Positions 1 through 10,784 of a stretch of 64,000 nt of DNA are shown here, one piece after another. The DNA comes from Asterias rubens (taxonomy: Eukaryota). Both the position numbers and the translations under genes were made by a program. Below the pieces are notes generated by a model. The model was not told the DNA's origin. It worked only from the letters and a program-made list of their open reading frames with translations, and searched no databases. Each line of letters starts with the position of its first letter. Position 1 is the stretch's first letter. The DNA lies in contig NC_047081.1 of NCBI RefSeq assembly GCF_902459465.1, forward strand, positions 9,982,001-10,046,000, given 5' to 3'.

Positions 1-149
1 ATTTTTGGTAAAAAGGTTGTCTGACATATGGGACAATTTTAACTTCAGTGTATCGAGAAACCCTTTTTTATCACACCAAATCTGCGAAACGAAATGTGGC
101 AAACTTTGCATGGTGGAAATACGACATAGAAAGGTGATGACTATCTCTA

Positions 150-252
150 ATGAGTTGGGGTGGTTCTGAAAAGAACCGTTGGTTTCAACTCGACGTTTCG
201 ATCAGTATGCTCTGATCGTTTTCTGGAGAAAAAAATTCTCCAGAAGACGATC
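150..252. repeat. Short repeat fragment with a GACGTTTCG motif (Penelope-like terminus) followed by a small inverted repeat
   Basis: ggttctgaaaagaaccgttggtttcaactcgacgtttcgatcag, then tgatcgttttctggagaa...ttctccagaagacgatca hairpin. Family assignment is inference. Confidence 0.3.
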
Positions 253-1334
253 AAAACAAACCTTTCTATAGAAATGTGGCATGTTTATGTTGCGATGTGC
301 GCTGCCATTCCTCAAACGAAGTGGCCCACCATGGCGTGATGTTTGCCAAATCTTCCACTGATGGTCACACATTCTCCATTGATTGTGTTAACACAATAGT
401 CAGCATTTATGCACGGGAGAACGACTTCAATCGATTGCATTAGCAATGAAATTTTGAACTATTGTTCACATAAGACTTTGAATGGTACAGTATTCCGCTA
501 TATGTTAATCCGTGGCTCTATACATAGCTTCTCAAAAGGTGTAGTGCTCAAATGAGAGACCCCTCCCGTTCCATTTGTGCGAGCTGGGAAAGTCTTTCAT
601 AAACTAAAAAAAAAAAAACATCGAAGAGTTCGTCAGGGCCCAATTTCATAGAGCTACTTATAAGCTACGTTGAAGTTGCTATGCTCAACAAGATTGAGCC
701 TGTGCATACCAGGATACCAGCCAAACACAACTTGTGACCGGTCTGCCGAGCAACAAATATTTTACAAATAATTAATGTTTACGAGTGCAATGGTGGGAAC
801 ACTTTCATGAGTTGAAAGATGGAATGTTCTATTCAACGTGGCGACCGTAGATTTGGCTGTCACGCTTCTCCAATAGAGGGCGCTCTATCGTCATAGATTC
901 GGCTCTATCACGCCCACTGAATCCACCATAGGCAACTCATGTACAGTCTTTAAGCAATTGATGACTAATTTAAACATTTCAAGAAATGTGGATGGCCCAC
1001 CAATTAAAAAATGTTATAAATTACACAAATATATATCTCTTTAAACAGTGTTCCACTTGCTTTCAAATATGTAAGCTTTTTATTTCATTGCAAACAATTA
1101 TTTACTGTCACTATTTTGTTTTAAAAACAAATGAAAACATGTATATTCAAAAATGCTACAAGAAGTTGATGACTAGACTTCAATTCAATCCAATCAAATT
1201 TTTGTTATTTTTGACATGTTTTTATCTGAATAAATTCAAATAAAATAAAATAAAATCAAATCAATTCAGTGACAATGTGGACAAGTCAATAACTGTTTGT
1301 CTCGAAGAAGCAGCTCTCCCACTGCTCCTAGAAG

Positions 1335-1381
1335 TATGAGGTTTGTTCCGCTATCGTCTCCATAGCGGAACAAACCTCATA
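1335..1381. repeat. Perfect 20-bp inverted repeat with 7-nt loop
   Basis: tatgaggtttgttccgctat-cgtctcc-atagcggaacaaacctcata. Confidence 0.9.
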
Positions 1382-1404
1382 TTCAATCATAGTTCTACGA
1401 GTAC

Positions 1405-1552
1405 TCTCTCGCGAATCTCGATACTGCCGCTGTCAGAGAAGACTGATCTTGCAAGCCTAAGATTGGTCTCGCAAAACTACTGCTCTAGCGTGAGATCTGT
1501 GAGCCAGCATTTTTGCGAGATCATCACACGTGTCAAGAGATTCGTGGAGAGT
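1405..1552. mobile_element. Degenerate palindromic MITE-like element
   Basis: Nested imperfect inverted repeats ctctcgcgaatctc...gagattcgtggagag and tctcgcaaaa...ttttgcgaga. Confidence 0.4.
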
Positions 1553-2136
1553 AAATACGCAATCTTCATGACAAATTTAACATCTTGTCCACAATTCCAG
1601 TTGATGACCTGGGTCCAATTTCATAAAGGTAATTAAACAAATATACTGCTTGACAAATTTCTTTGGAGAAGCAAACATTGAGTGGGGTGGGGGCACCAGC
1701 CACTACAATGTTCTTTGCTTACAGTAAAAAGCCGAAGCCATGAAATTGGGCACCGTTCTCCCCTCATAAATCTTTGGTTTGTTTCAGACCCTCACACAGT
1801 GTTACCGAAACTGTGTCTTACATGCATTGCAAAACGTATGATGACTTTCGTATAAAAGCCCACTGACTTTGAGTTGAACAACGAAAAATTGCATCTCACA
1901 GAGTTCTCTAAGTTTGTTTGTTCAAATGATCTTCGTCAAGGGAACTCGGCAAACTCCAGCTGGCATCAGCCAATCTCTCCCATACAAACATCGAAACATT
2001 AAATGATGTCATGTTGAACAAATCAACAAAATTGTGAATCAGTTACACTAAATGATGTTGAGTATGTGTGGACTATTCTAGTCATTGTGAAATCAGCAGT
2101 TAGCTCTAGGATTCCTCGAACCCACAATCTTGTCAT

Positions 2137-2151
2137 TCAGGTCAAAACATT
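2137..2151 (-). other. GTF2H5: Displaced original 3' end of the GTF2H5 CDS (codons N-V-L-T-stop)
   Basis: On the minus strand after the TSD: (CATTC) AAT GTT TTG ACC TGA. Removing the element and one TSD restores ...MDDNTFNVLT*, a 70-aa protein. Confidence 0.85.
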
Positions 2152-2156
2152 GAATG

Positions 2157-2807
2157 TGGCTCATCAAGGAGTAAGGCATACAGTTGTGACACAGACTAGA
2201 TATCTTGCTTTCGTATTTTAATGCAATTCGAACTGTAAATAAACATACAGAAAAAGAGATCCTTAATACATGTGATCCTTAATCAAAGTTGAACTTGTCA
2301 GAAAGAAAGTGGTTCTTAAAACTCTCCTTAAACCTTCATAATAATCCAGGAAATACTTGGGAAACATATCAAACTGTCCTTATCTCTCAGTAATGTCCAT
2401 CATTAATAAACAATCCCTAATTTCTCACATCTGGTCTGAAACTAGCAAAAGCTGGGAAACTTCTTACACGTTAATGTACCCAATCTGCATGTAAACAAGT
2501 TGCATGTCCCTTTAATTTCAACATGAATACTAGCAAATTATGTCTGCTCTAATAAGGGCTTACATCATCAAAATCACAACTGAAAAGGGGTACTCACTTC
2601 TTTGGCAAGACTCTAGTAAACCTGGTGTCCATAATCTCTGAAGTAAAAACTGATAACTGCTGGTTTTGACTATAAACTTTTCGGCTAAGAACTGCTACAG
2701 TAAAACATGGTGAAACATGGCTGAAACAACCACATGTAAACACTAAACATCTACAGCCACAAGAGGGCGCTAGTCACAATCTCAAAGGTCACTGGCTCAG
2801 TGAAACA
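2157..2807 (-). repeat. 3' LTR of the BEL/Pao element
   Basis: Direct repeat of 8197-8847 at offset 6040. Confidence 0.95.
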
Positions 2808-2826
2808 TCCTCGCCCCGATGAGCGA

Positions 2827-5800
2827 CTAGTCCTCATCATAACCTTCTGCCGGGTAGATCACTGCTATTTTTGTGATAGGCCTCTGGTACTCTCCGCTCT
2901 CAGTCTTCACCTTCACGTTCCTCACCTTGCCATCCGATCCCGGAAAGACCTCGAGAACCCTGCCGACACACCACTTGCCCCGGACTGGATTGGTATCTGA
3001 CACAGTTACCACATCACCGACTCGTACGTTACGCCTTTCAGCTCTCCATTTCTTGCGTGGTACCAGGCAGGGTAGAACATCTCGGCTCCAGCGCTTCCAG
3101 AAAGAGTCGATAATCCTCTGAACAAACTCCACACGGTGCCTAGGATTTTTGGTCTCCTGGAATGGCCCCTGAGGAACATCAGTCGAGGCTCTTCCAAGTA
3201 GTATATCGTTCGGACTCAGGTAGGAACCATCATCTGGGTCATTTGGGATCCTTCCAATCGGGCGTTGGTTTACGAGGTTCGCAACTTCTAATAAAACTGT
3301 GTAAAGTTCAAACGGAGTCAGCACCTGAGCCCCAACAGCCCTTTTCAGCGCAGTCTTGCAGCTCTTGACTAATGCCTCTGCACACCCATTTTGATGTGGT
3401 GCTCTTGGTGTGATGAACTTCCATTCCATGCCTTTCTCTGCACCGAACTGTTTCAGCTCTTCAATGTTCCAACCTTGAATCATTCTTTGAAGTTCCCGTT
3501 GTGCTCCGACCAGTTGGGTTCCGTTGTCACTAATCATTTGAGCTGGATAACCTCTAATAGAGAAGAATCTGCGGAGCACTTGAATGTATTCCATAGTGGA
3601 ACAGTCCACCGCTAGCTCTAGGTGCACTGCTCTGGTGTTCAGGCAAGTGAAGATCACTCCATAGTGTTTGGCTGTTTTGTTACGTCCAATCTTCACTTGG
3701 TAGGGTCCAAAGTAGTCGCATGACGTGAAGTAGAATGGTGGTGTGTATGGCGCTAGGCGTTGCTTCGGTAAATCAGCCATGACCTGTGTCTCCAGTTTAT
3801 GCTCTGCCTCTCTGCAAACCACACAGCGGTATTTGATCGTCTTGGCTAGGTTGTGTGCCTTCAGGATCCAGTATCTTTGCCTTGTTTTCGCAACAGTGGT
3901 AGCAACACCAGTGTGGCCCTGTTGGTGAATACTACGCACAATCAGAATTGAAATGTAATGATCATGGGGCAGCAGTGCTGGGTGCTTTGTATGGTAAAAC
4001 ATCGTAGACTCGTGCAGTCGGCCTCCAACCCTTAAGATTCCTGCATCATCTGTGAAGGGACTCAATGACTTGAACTCTCCGTTGGCCATGCGTTTGTGTA
4101 GATTTTTCTGTGCTTTGATAATCCAGTAGTTGGCAGCATCTGTCAGCTCTTGGGGTGAGAGCGGACCCTGTTTAGACTCTTTGTTTACACAAGACTGCAT
4201 CTTGGCTCGTATGTTCTGGACAAATCGACGAACGTAGGCTGTGACTCTGATTAGCTTTCTCCAGCTAGAATACTTCTTGCAGTCAATGGCTTCCTGAGTT
4301 TCGGTGGTGATGAATACAGCTTGGGTCTTGTGTCGTTCCTTATCTACCTCCATCTGGTTCACCCTCTCTGCATCTTTTGGCCAACTTTCTTCTGGGAAGC
4401 GCAGGAATTCTGGACCATTTTTCCAGCGCTGGGTCAATTGTTTCACAGGTACTCCACGAGAGACGTCATCTGCTACATTCAGCTCTCCTGGAACATGTCT
4501 CCACTGTGAGGGATCTGTTTGGCTCTGAATCTCGCTTACTCGGTTGGATACAAATGGTTTGAATCCTCTGGCTTGGCTTCGAATCCAAGATAGGGCAATC
4601 ATACTGTCAGTCATAAACACTGCTTCCTCTACTGGTAGGCGCAGTTCTTCCATGATGGCCTGGTACAGCCTTGTACCCATAACTGCTGCCTGCAATTCCA
4701 ATCGTGGGATGGTGAGCCTCTTCAAGGGTGCTACTCTAGACTTGGCTGCAATGAATCGGACATCATAGGTGCCATCATTTATCTGCCATCGGATGTAGGC
4801 ACAGGCTCCAAAAGCTTCCTCTGAAGCATCGCAGAAGATACACAGCAAGGGCACCCCAACAGCATTCGACGGAGTAAGACATCTTTCAAAACTTATCTCG
4901 TTCAACTCTTTCATCTCTTTGAATAGTTGAATCCAGCTGTCATGATCTGCCTTGGGTATTTCTTGGTCCCAGTCCAGACCCTGTTGCCATAGATGTTGCA
5001 TTCCAATCTTGGTACGAATGAGAAAGGCTGCAGCGAATCCAATCGGGTCAAAGATTTGTGCAATCTGGCTCAGAATTTGACGCTTTGTTAACTTTCTCTG
5101 CATCAGTTCTCGATCATCGGTGGACAAATTCTTGTCCAAGTCCAAGTTGACCTTGTAGTGGAATTCGTCAGTTTTGCGGTTCCATACTGTCCCCAGCACT
5201 TTCTCATCAGTTGTGGTGTCCAGAAACTTCATTCTCTCATCTTCCTTTTCACTGGTATAGTTTTCTTCCAGAGCTTCATTAGATAACCAGCCTTTTACTC
5301 GGAATCCCCCTTCAGCTAACACCTCATCTATCTCACTTGTCAGTTTCTTGGCCTCGTTCACAGTGTGGACGGAGTCGCATATGTCGTCCATGTAGGTGTT
5401 TTCCTTTAAGACTCGTGCTGCATCTGGAAATTGTTTCTCTGCAGCCTCAGCTGTTTTCTTCAGGGCGATCTGCGCCATGGCTGGAGCTGGCTTATCCCCG
5501 AACGTCAGAACTGTCTTGACGTAAATATCAGGTGTACGGTCAGTATTTAGGTCTCTCCACAAGAAGCGATGAACATGCTGATCACGTTCTGGAATCAGAA
5601 TTTGGTGGTACATCTTTGAGATGTCTGCAATGACTGCTACTTCATTTTCACGGAACTTCATGATGACTCCAAATAAATTGTTAAGAAGGTCAGGCCCCTT
5701 GTACCAGTAGTCGTTTAGACATTGCCCGTGGTAGGTTGCTGAAGAATTGAAGACAATTCGGAGAGGTGTGCTTTTACTTTCTGGCCTCAAAACTCCATGA

Positions 5801-8232
5801 TGAGAGATGTAGTGTACGGGACCTTTGTATGACTTCAGTTCAGCTTCAGACAGCTTCCGGGCAAACTTCTTTTCCACCATTTCCTTCATCTGGGCATCAT
5901 AGGCTTCTGCATGACTTGTGTTTTTTGCAAGTCGGCGTTCTGTTGAATAGAGCCTCTTCTCTATCTGGATCTTGTTATCTGGTAGCTGTTTTGGATCCCT
6001 TTTCCAAGGGTAAGGGACGGTCCATCGGTTTCCATTTCGAATACAGGATTCTTCTATTATTTTGGCTTCCTTTAGTTCTGCTGGGCTGAGCTTTTCTGGT
6101 TCACATGTGCAGGACTTCACGGCTACTCCCATAGCTTCAGTTTTCCAGAAATCTGTCATGTCTACTGGTGTTGAGTACTTTACATGGAGAACTCGGCTTG
6201 TCTTATTCTGGTCCCCAGGGCCGGTTCCAAAAATCACCCAACCAAGTGGTGATTGGCGGGCTATCAGATTCTGGGCTTCATGGGTTTCACCAGCATGTAT
6301 GCTTGCATGATCAATGCCAATGAGTAGGTCTACTGGGCCGCTACCTCGATGGAGATTGCTTGGATGAAGTTTGAACAGTTTGGCCATCTCTGATAGGTCA
6401 ACTTCAGCAACATCGTCGCTTATGCAGGGGATACCAATGGCAGTAACAGTGTAAGTTGGACCTTTGTACTTCGGACGAAGACGGACCTCATAGACTTTTG
6501 TTTGAAGCTCTTCTTCTTCTCCTCCCACTTTGGTGATGGTAGTAATTACATCCTTTCCCTTGAGCTTCAAGTTTTCGGCGAGGGACTTTCTAATCAATGT
6601 AATCTGTGCCCCGGAGTCAAGAAGGATATTTGCTGGTTGAGTAATCTGGGTTCCCATGATCTGCACTTGTAGGACTGGCAGTAATATTTCTGCTCGGGTT
6701 GTACTTACTGCAACACTGACTGAACCGGTGGCTTGCTGGGGAGTAAAATGCAGTAATTGATGGTGATAGTGTTTACACTGGAGTCCGTTTATCATCTCTG
6801 TGCACTGTCGTCTTCTCGAACAGGTCGACACATTGTGGCCTTTTCCTGCCTTTTTGAGGCAGCTGAAGCAGACATGGTTCTCTTTAACCATCTTAAATCG
6901 GTTGGCTGAGCTCATCCCCTTGAACTTGTCACAGTGGTCTGTCCAGTGGCTGGAAGTGTGACAAACCCAGCACTTGTCACGGAAAGGCATTGAAGTCGGG
7001 TCTTTCTGCTGAATGTGATTGATGCTTGATCGGGGACTTTGACTCACACATCGTACTGGTGCCGTTGCTCTCATCCTTGATTTCATTTCCGATGACATCC
7101 AGTCCAGCAGTCCTTTTAGCGTCGCTAATTCTTTATCCCTTTCCAAGTGTCTGGACCACACCTTACGGTCGTCAGAGTTCATTTTCTGTTCAATGACTGC
7201 TAGCATATGATTATTATCCATGTCGTTTCGTCGCCCCACCTCCTTCAATGTGTTGTAACTCCTTCTCACAAGATGAACTAGCTCACAGAATCTGGCATCT
7301 TCCCCGTCTCGGAGTGGCTTGAACTTCATGATATCTTGGGTGACGGTGTCAGTAATAAATCGTGGATCACCATATATTGTGTCGAGGTACTCCCACGCTG
7401 CATCGTAATCGGACCCAATTCCCTTAATCAGCTCCAACGGCTTTCCTTGTAGGCATGTACGCAGCAGTGTGATGGCATCCCTCTTACCATACCTCTTATC
7501 AACCATATGCTTGAAGTCATCTTTAAAGATGGCGTATTCTCTGACATCCCCTGTGTACTTGGGCATCTTTGGCTTTTCCATTTTAAACCCACAGAATTTG
7601 TCGACATCATGGATTGCTGTATTCGCTTTCGTCTGCTCTTCCTTCTGATCACTTGCTCCATTTATGCTGATATGGCTATCGGATTCTGTTATCTGCTTGG
7701 CACTGGAAGTTGTACTGGATTGCTCTGCACTGGATATTTGCTCGGCACTTGAACTGGACTGGTCATTACTGGAACTCGTTTTCTCTGTACTGGCACTGGC
7801 TTCTTCATTCGGGTTTGACTCTTTCTCTGTAGGTGTTGGAGTTACATGTAGATGATCTTTTGCCTCACACTGTAAAGCTATGAACATTTGCTGGCATTCT
7901 TCTAACCACTCCTCTTCGGTAGTAAATTCATCGTCATCTGATATCTGCTCGGTATAAGCCTCATGCTTTTGAACTAGGCTGTCATACACCAGTTCAAACT
8001 TTTCAAGCTGACTTGAAACTTCATCGGTAGCCCTATTGCCTTCGATCATCAAACGTAGGGCTTTTCCCTGTCTTGTGAGTGCCGCCTTGGCATTCCTTCT
8101 TTTGACTTTTAACTCTTTTACTGTTGAGTCGGTCATTCTGATACGGTGCAGTACTCCCTTCTGATCCCGGGTTAGCAGAACAGAATTCGAATGTTGTGGC
8201 TCATCAAGGAGTAAGGCATACAGTTGTGACAC
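2827..8232 (-). CDS. BEL/Pao Gag-Pol polyprotein (Gag with Cys/His knuckles, aspartic protease, RT, Pao RNase H, integrase)
   Basis: 1801-aa ORF: CWVCHTSSHWTDHC and CFSC...H...C knuckles; LLDSGA protease; YMDD RT; FCDASEEAFG RNase H; H-x3-H...CVVC zinc motif plus CDYFGP/SDNG integrase core; order PR-RT-RH-IN. The real start may be the in-frame ATG at 8136 (MTDSTVK), because the 8232 ATG lies inside the LTR. Confidence 0.95.
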   Translation of the reverse strand: MSQLYALLLDEPQHSNSVLLTRDQKGVLHRIRMTDSTVKELKVKRRNAKAALTRQGKALRLMIEGNRATDEVSSQLEKFELVYDSLVQKHEAYTEQISDDDEFTTEEEWLEECQQMFIALQCEAKDHLHVTPTPTEKESNPNEEASASTEKTSSSNDQSSSSAEQISSAEQSSTTSSAKQITESDSHISINGASDQKEEQTKANTAIHDVDKFCGFKMEKPKMPKYTGDVREYAIFKDDFKHMVDKRYGKRDAITLLRTCLQGKPLELIKGIGSDYDAAWEYLDTIYGDPRFITDTVTQDIMKFKPLRDGEDARFCELVHLVRRSYNTLKEVGRRNDMDNNHMLAVIEQKMNSDDRKVWSRHLERDKELATLKGLLDWMSSEMKSRMRATAPVRCVSQSPRSSINHIQQKDPTSMPFRDKCWVCHTSSHWTDHCDKFKGMSSANRFKMVKENHVCFSCLKKAGKGHNVSTCSRRRQCTEMINGLQCKHYHHQLLHFTPQQATGSVSVAVSTTRAEILLPVLQVQIMGTQITQPANILLDSGAQITLIRKSLAENLKLKGKDVITTITKVGGEEEELQTKVYEVRLRPKYKGPTYTVTAIGIPCISDDVAEVDLSEMAKLFKLHPSNLHRGSGPVDLLIGIDHASIHAGETHEAQNLIARQSPLGWVIFGTGPGDQNKTSRVLHVKYSTPVDMTDFWKTEAMGVAVKSCTCEPEKLSPAELKEAKIIEESCIRNGNRWTVPYPWKRDPKQLPDNKIQIEKRLYSTERRLAKNTSHAEAYDAQMKEMVEKKFARKLSEAELKSYKGPVHYISHHGVLRPESKSTPLRIVFNSSATYHGQCLNDYWYKGPDLLNNLFGVIMKFRENEVAVIADISKMYHQILIPERDQHVHRFLWRDLNTDRTPDIYVKTVLTFGDKPAPAMAQIALKKTAEAAEKQFPDAARVLKENTYMDDICDSVHTVNEAKKLTSEIDEVLAEGGFRVKGWLSNEALEENYTSEKEDERMKFLDTTTDEKVLGTVWNRKTDEFHYKVNLDLDKNLSTDDRELMQRKLTKRQILSQIAQIFDPIGFAAAFLIRTKIGMQHLWQQGLDWDQEIPKADHDSWIQLFKEMKELNEISFERCLTPSNAVGVPLLCIFCDASEEAFGACAYIRWQINDGTYDVRFIAAKSRVAPLKRLTIPRLELQAAVMGTRLYQAIMEELRLPVEEAVFMTDSMIALSWIRSQARGFKPFVSNRVSEIQSQTDPSQWRHVPGELNVADDVSRGVPVKQLTQRWKNGPEFLRFPEESWPKDAERVNQMEVDKERHKTQAVFITTETQEAIDCKKYSSWRKLIRVTAYVRRFVQNIRAKMQSCVNKESKQGPLSPQELTDAANYWIIKAQKNLHKRMANGEFKSLSPFTDDAGILRVGGRLHESTMFYHTKHPALLPHDHYISILIVRSIHQQGHTGVATTVAKTRQRYWILKAHNLAKTIKYRCVVCREAEHKLETQVMADLPKQRLAPYTPPFYFTSCDYFGPYQVKIGRNKTAKHYGVIFTCLNTRAVHLELAVDCSTMEYIQVLRRFFSIRGYPAQMISDNGTQLVGAQRELQRMIQGWNIEELKQFGAEKGMEWKFITPRAPHQNGCAEALVKSCKTALKRAVGAQVLTPFELYTVLLEVANLVNQRPIGRIPNDPDDGSYLSPNDILLGRASTDVPQGPFQETKNPRHRVEFVQRIIDSFWKRWSRDVLPCLVPRKKWRAERRNVRVGDVVTVSDTNPVRGKWCVGRVLEVFPGSDGKVRNVKVKTESGEYQRPITKIAVIYPAEGYDED

Positions 8233-8847
8233 AGACTAGATATCTTGCTTTCGTATTTTAATGCAATTCGAACTGTAAATAAACATACAGAAAAAGAGAT
8301 CCTTAATACATGTGATCCTTAATCAAAGTTGAACTTGTCAGAAAGAAAGTGGTTCTTAAAACTCTCCTTAAACCTTCATAATAATCCAGGAAATACTTGG
8401 GAAACATATCAAACTGTCCTTATCTCTCAGTAATGTCCATCATTAATAAACAATCCCTAATTTCTCACATCTGGTCTGAAACTAGCAAAAGCTGGGAAAC
8501 TTCTTACACGTTAATGTACCCAATCTGCATGTAAACAAGTTGCATGTCCCTTTAATTTCAACATGAATACTAGCAAATTATGTCTGCTCTAATAAGGGCT
8601 TACATCATCAAAATCACAACTGAAAAGGGGTACTCACTTCTTTGGCAAGACTCTAGTAAACCTGGTGTCCATAATCTCTGAAGTAAAAACTGATAACTGC
8701 TGGTTTTGACTATAAACTTTTCGGCTAAGAACTGCTACAGTAAAACATGGTGAAACATGGCTGAAACAACCACATGTAAACACTAAACATCTACAGCCAC
8801 AAGAGGGCGCTAGTCACAATCTCAAAGGTCACTGGCTCAGTGAAACA
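8197..8847 (-). repeat. 5' LTR of the BEL/Pao element
   Basis: Direct repeat of 2157-2807; candidate ATTAAA poly(A) signal on minus at 8257-8262. Confidence 0.95.
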
Positions 8848-9871
8848 GAATGTGTTATCATCCATTAGCTCGTCAATCTTGTCCCGCAATACGTTCACAA
8901 TCTCCTGATCGATGAACACATGTGTGTCGTCCAGATCGACCAGGATGAATCTTCGGCCAAGTTTTTGCGTCTCATCCATGTGGAGAAGAAACTGCTTCAT
9001 GGCTGGGTCACTGTGTATGCGGAAGGTACATCAAATAGACACATTAAAAATAGAGCCATTTCCAATGTAGGTCGGACGTCTTGTTCAAAATTGCGGCTAA
9101 GACTTGTAGTGTACTGTGGTACTGTACAGAGTCTAGACGATCACAGATGAAAAACTACATGTAGCATTGTAGGAGGAGTACAGTGCATGCCCCCAGAAAA
9201 GCTGATTCTGGATCTAACTAATTTCATCATTCTGTTCTGTTATGAATCAAGCCTAGAAGAAGGCACAACAAGTAAATAAGCACAAAAATGATGCTCAGAA
9301 ATTAGTTATTTGTGACTGGTGGTGGTTAGCCCCACGTTTGTTGTGGCCAAAAGCAGGGATTCAGCTTTTTGCCAGAAACAATAAAACATGAAAAAAGTGT
9401 GGCTTTGAATTTTTTGTATCATGTTAAATTTAAAATAGTCAGTGCCTTGTTTTGCTTTTTCAAAATTTATTTTATAGGATACGATATTATTATTAAACAA
9501 ACATATTTTTAAAAATGTTTAATAACGTTTATAAACCTTGTCATTTTTACTGTCTTTGCAACCCCAAAATGCCACTTCTGCCAAAAGTCAAGTGTTTTTA
9601 AGATAGGCTAGTAGTGAGTGAGTGGCTGAGGGGGTCGAGAGCGGCAGTGCTGTCGAATGACTGTACCAGTGTAATTACATACATGTGATGTATGGCGCCA
9701 CCACTTGTTCACACATGTTTACAAAAAGGGATAATCTCATTGAGGTAAACTAGATACATTGTTATTTCATATCGAATGAAAAAGTGGTGGCGCCATACGG
9801 AAACTTTTCCCAAGTTTTCTCAGTTGATTAACTTACCATTCTACCAGAACGCCTTTAATTACATTCACCAT
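8791..9871 (-). CDS. GTF2H5: General transcription factor IIH subunit 5 (p8/TTDA/Tfb5), C-terminus altered by LTR insertion
   Basis: Exons 9871-9837 (35 nt, MVNVIKGVLVE-C, gtaagt donor) and 9010-8848 (cacag acceptor; [32 protein letters not shown]...MDDNTF); the frame continues into the LTR to TAG at 8793-8791. Closely matches recalled human [21 protein letters not shown]...DTHVF. Confidence 0.93.
9690..9812. mobile_element. Short palindromic MITE-like element in GTF2H5 intron
   Basis: gtatggcgccaccact...agtggtggcgccatac(ggaaacttttccca); second copy at 18409-18529. Confidence 0.7.
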
Positions 9872-10784
9872 TTTCAGTTAATATTCAGCATGTTCGTCAG
9901 CTTCGTTTAGTAGTTTTACTGTCGTCGTATAATTGTGTCGTCGGACCGCAGTTTCAACGCCGTTGAAACGCCAGTCTGTCACCCTCACATAAATTCTATG
10001 GGATAAAGAGCTGTCCGTATAGGTACCAGACTTTGTTGGTAACCAGACGACTACAAGGTTGTATCATAGTGTTACGTTCGCGCCTACTGACCATGCGTTA
10101 GACTTTATTTCAAGTCTGAGACTCCAGATGTTGTCACTAGATGGAGCTAATTCATGCAATACTGCGACGACTACCAGATAAATACACGATTACAGACTTT
10201 GAAACAAGTCTAAAAATAATAATGTGCAAAAATAAGTTAGTGGCCTCACAAGATAAATTTAATTTATAAACCACAGATACTGCTGTGAGAAATAAATGTT
10301 TTTATTTATTCAAATCATCCACATCACACATGTTCAACATTAATATTATTTATAAAGTATTATAATATTATAATTACAAGACAAAAACGATAAATCCATA
10401 CCATACCTGGTTTACTTCCTGCGAATGCAAATGCGATACAAATTCAGACTTAACAAATTCACAACGAATAATTCGCAACTGTGTTCAACTCCTGTGAAAC
10501 ATTCGCTGTGAAAGCACTATGAGGTAAAAATTCACTTTGCAGTGCATTCGCATCAGGAAGTATGAACCAAGCTTTACAGCGATAATTGAGAAATATTACT
10601 GATTCAGAGGGGGATGATGGGAGCGGTGTAATGAAAACCGACCACTCCAAGGACTTTAAACGATCTTGTCAACAAAAACTGTTATAGATCAATTCAGCCT
10701 CAAAGTTTTCAATAAAATGATACTAATATTAATTTTGGTTTTACCCTTATACACCAATATATTCAGTTCTGTTGACAAAAAAAT

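Larger units (their letters stand above)
2157..8847 (-). mobile_element. Full-length BEL/Pao LTR retrotransposon, very recent insertion
   Basis: Two 651-bp LTRs with no differences seen by eye (TG...CA on minus), 5-bp TSD GAATG at 2152-2156 and 8848-8852, polypurine tract GGGGCGAGGA next to the 3' LTR (2808-2817), single uninterrupted gag-pol ORF. Confidence 0.96.

Noticed and set aside
2152-2157. Alternative 6-bp TSD GAATGT
   Set aside because: It would leave the 3' LTR without a terminal CA; the 5-bp GAATG reading gives TG...CA on both LTRs.
2808-3000. Possible env or extra ORF in the BEL element
   Set aside because: The pol ORF ends 19 bp from the 3' LTR, leaving no room; the plus-strand ORFs here are antisense by-products.
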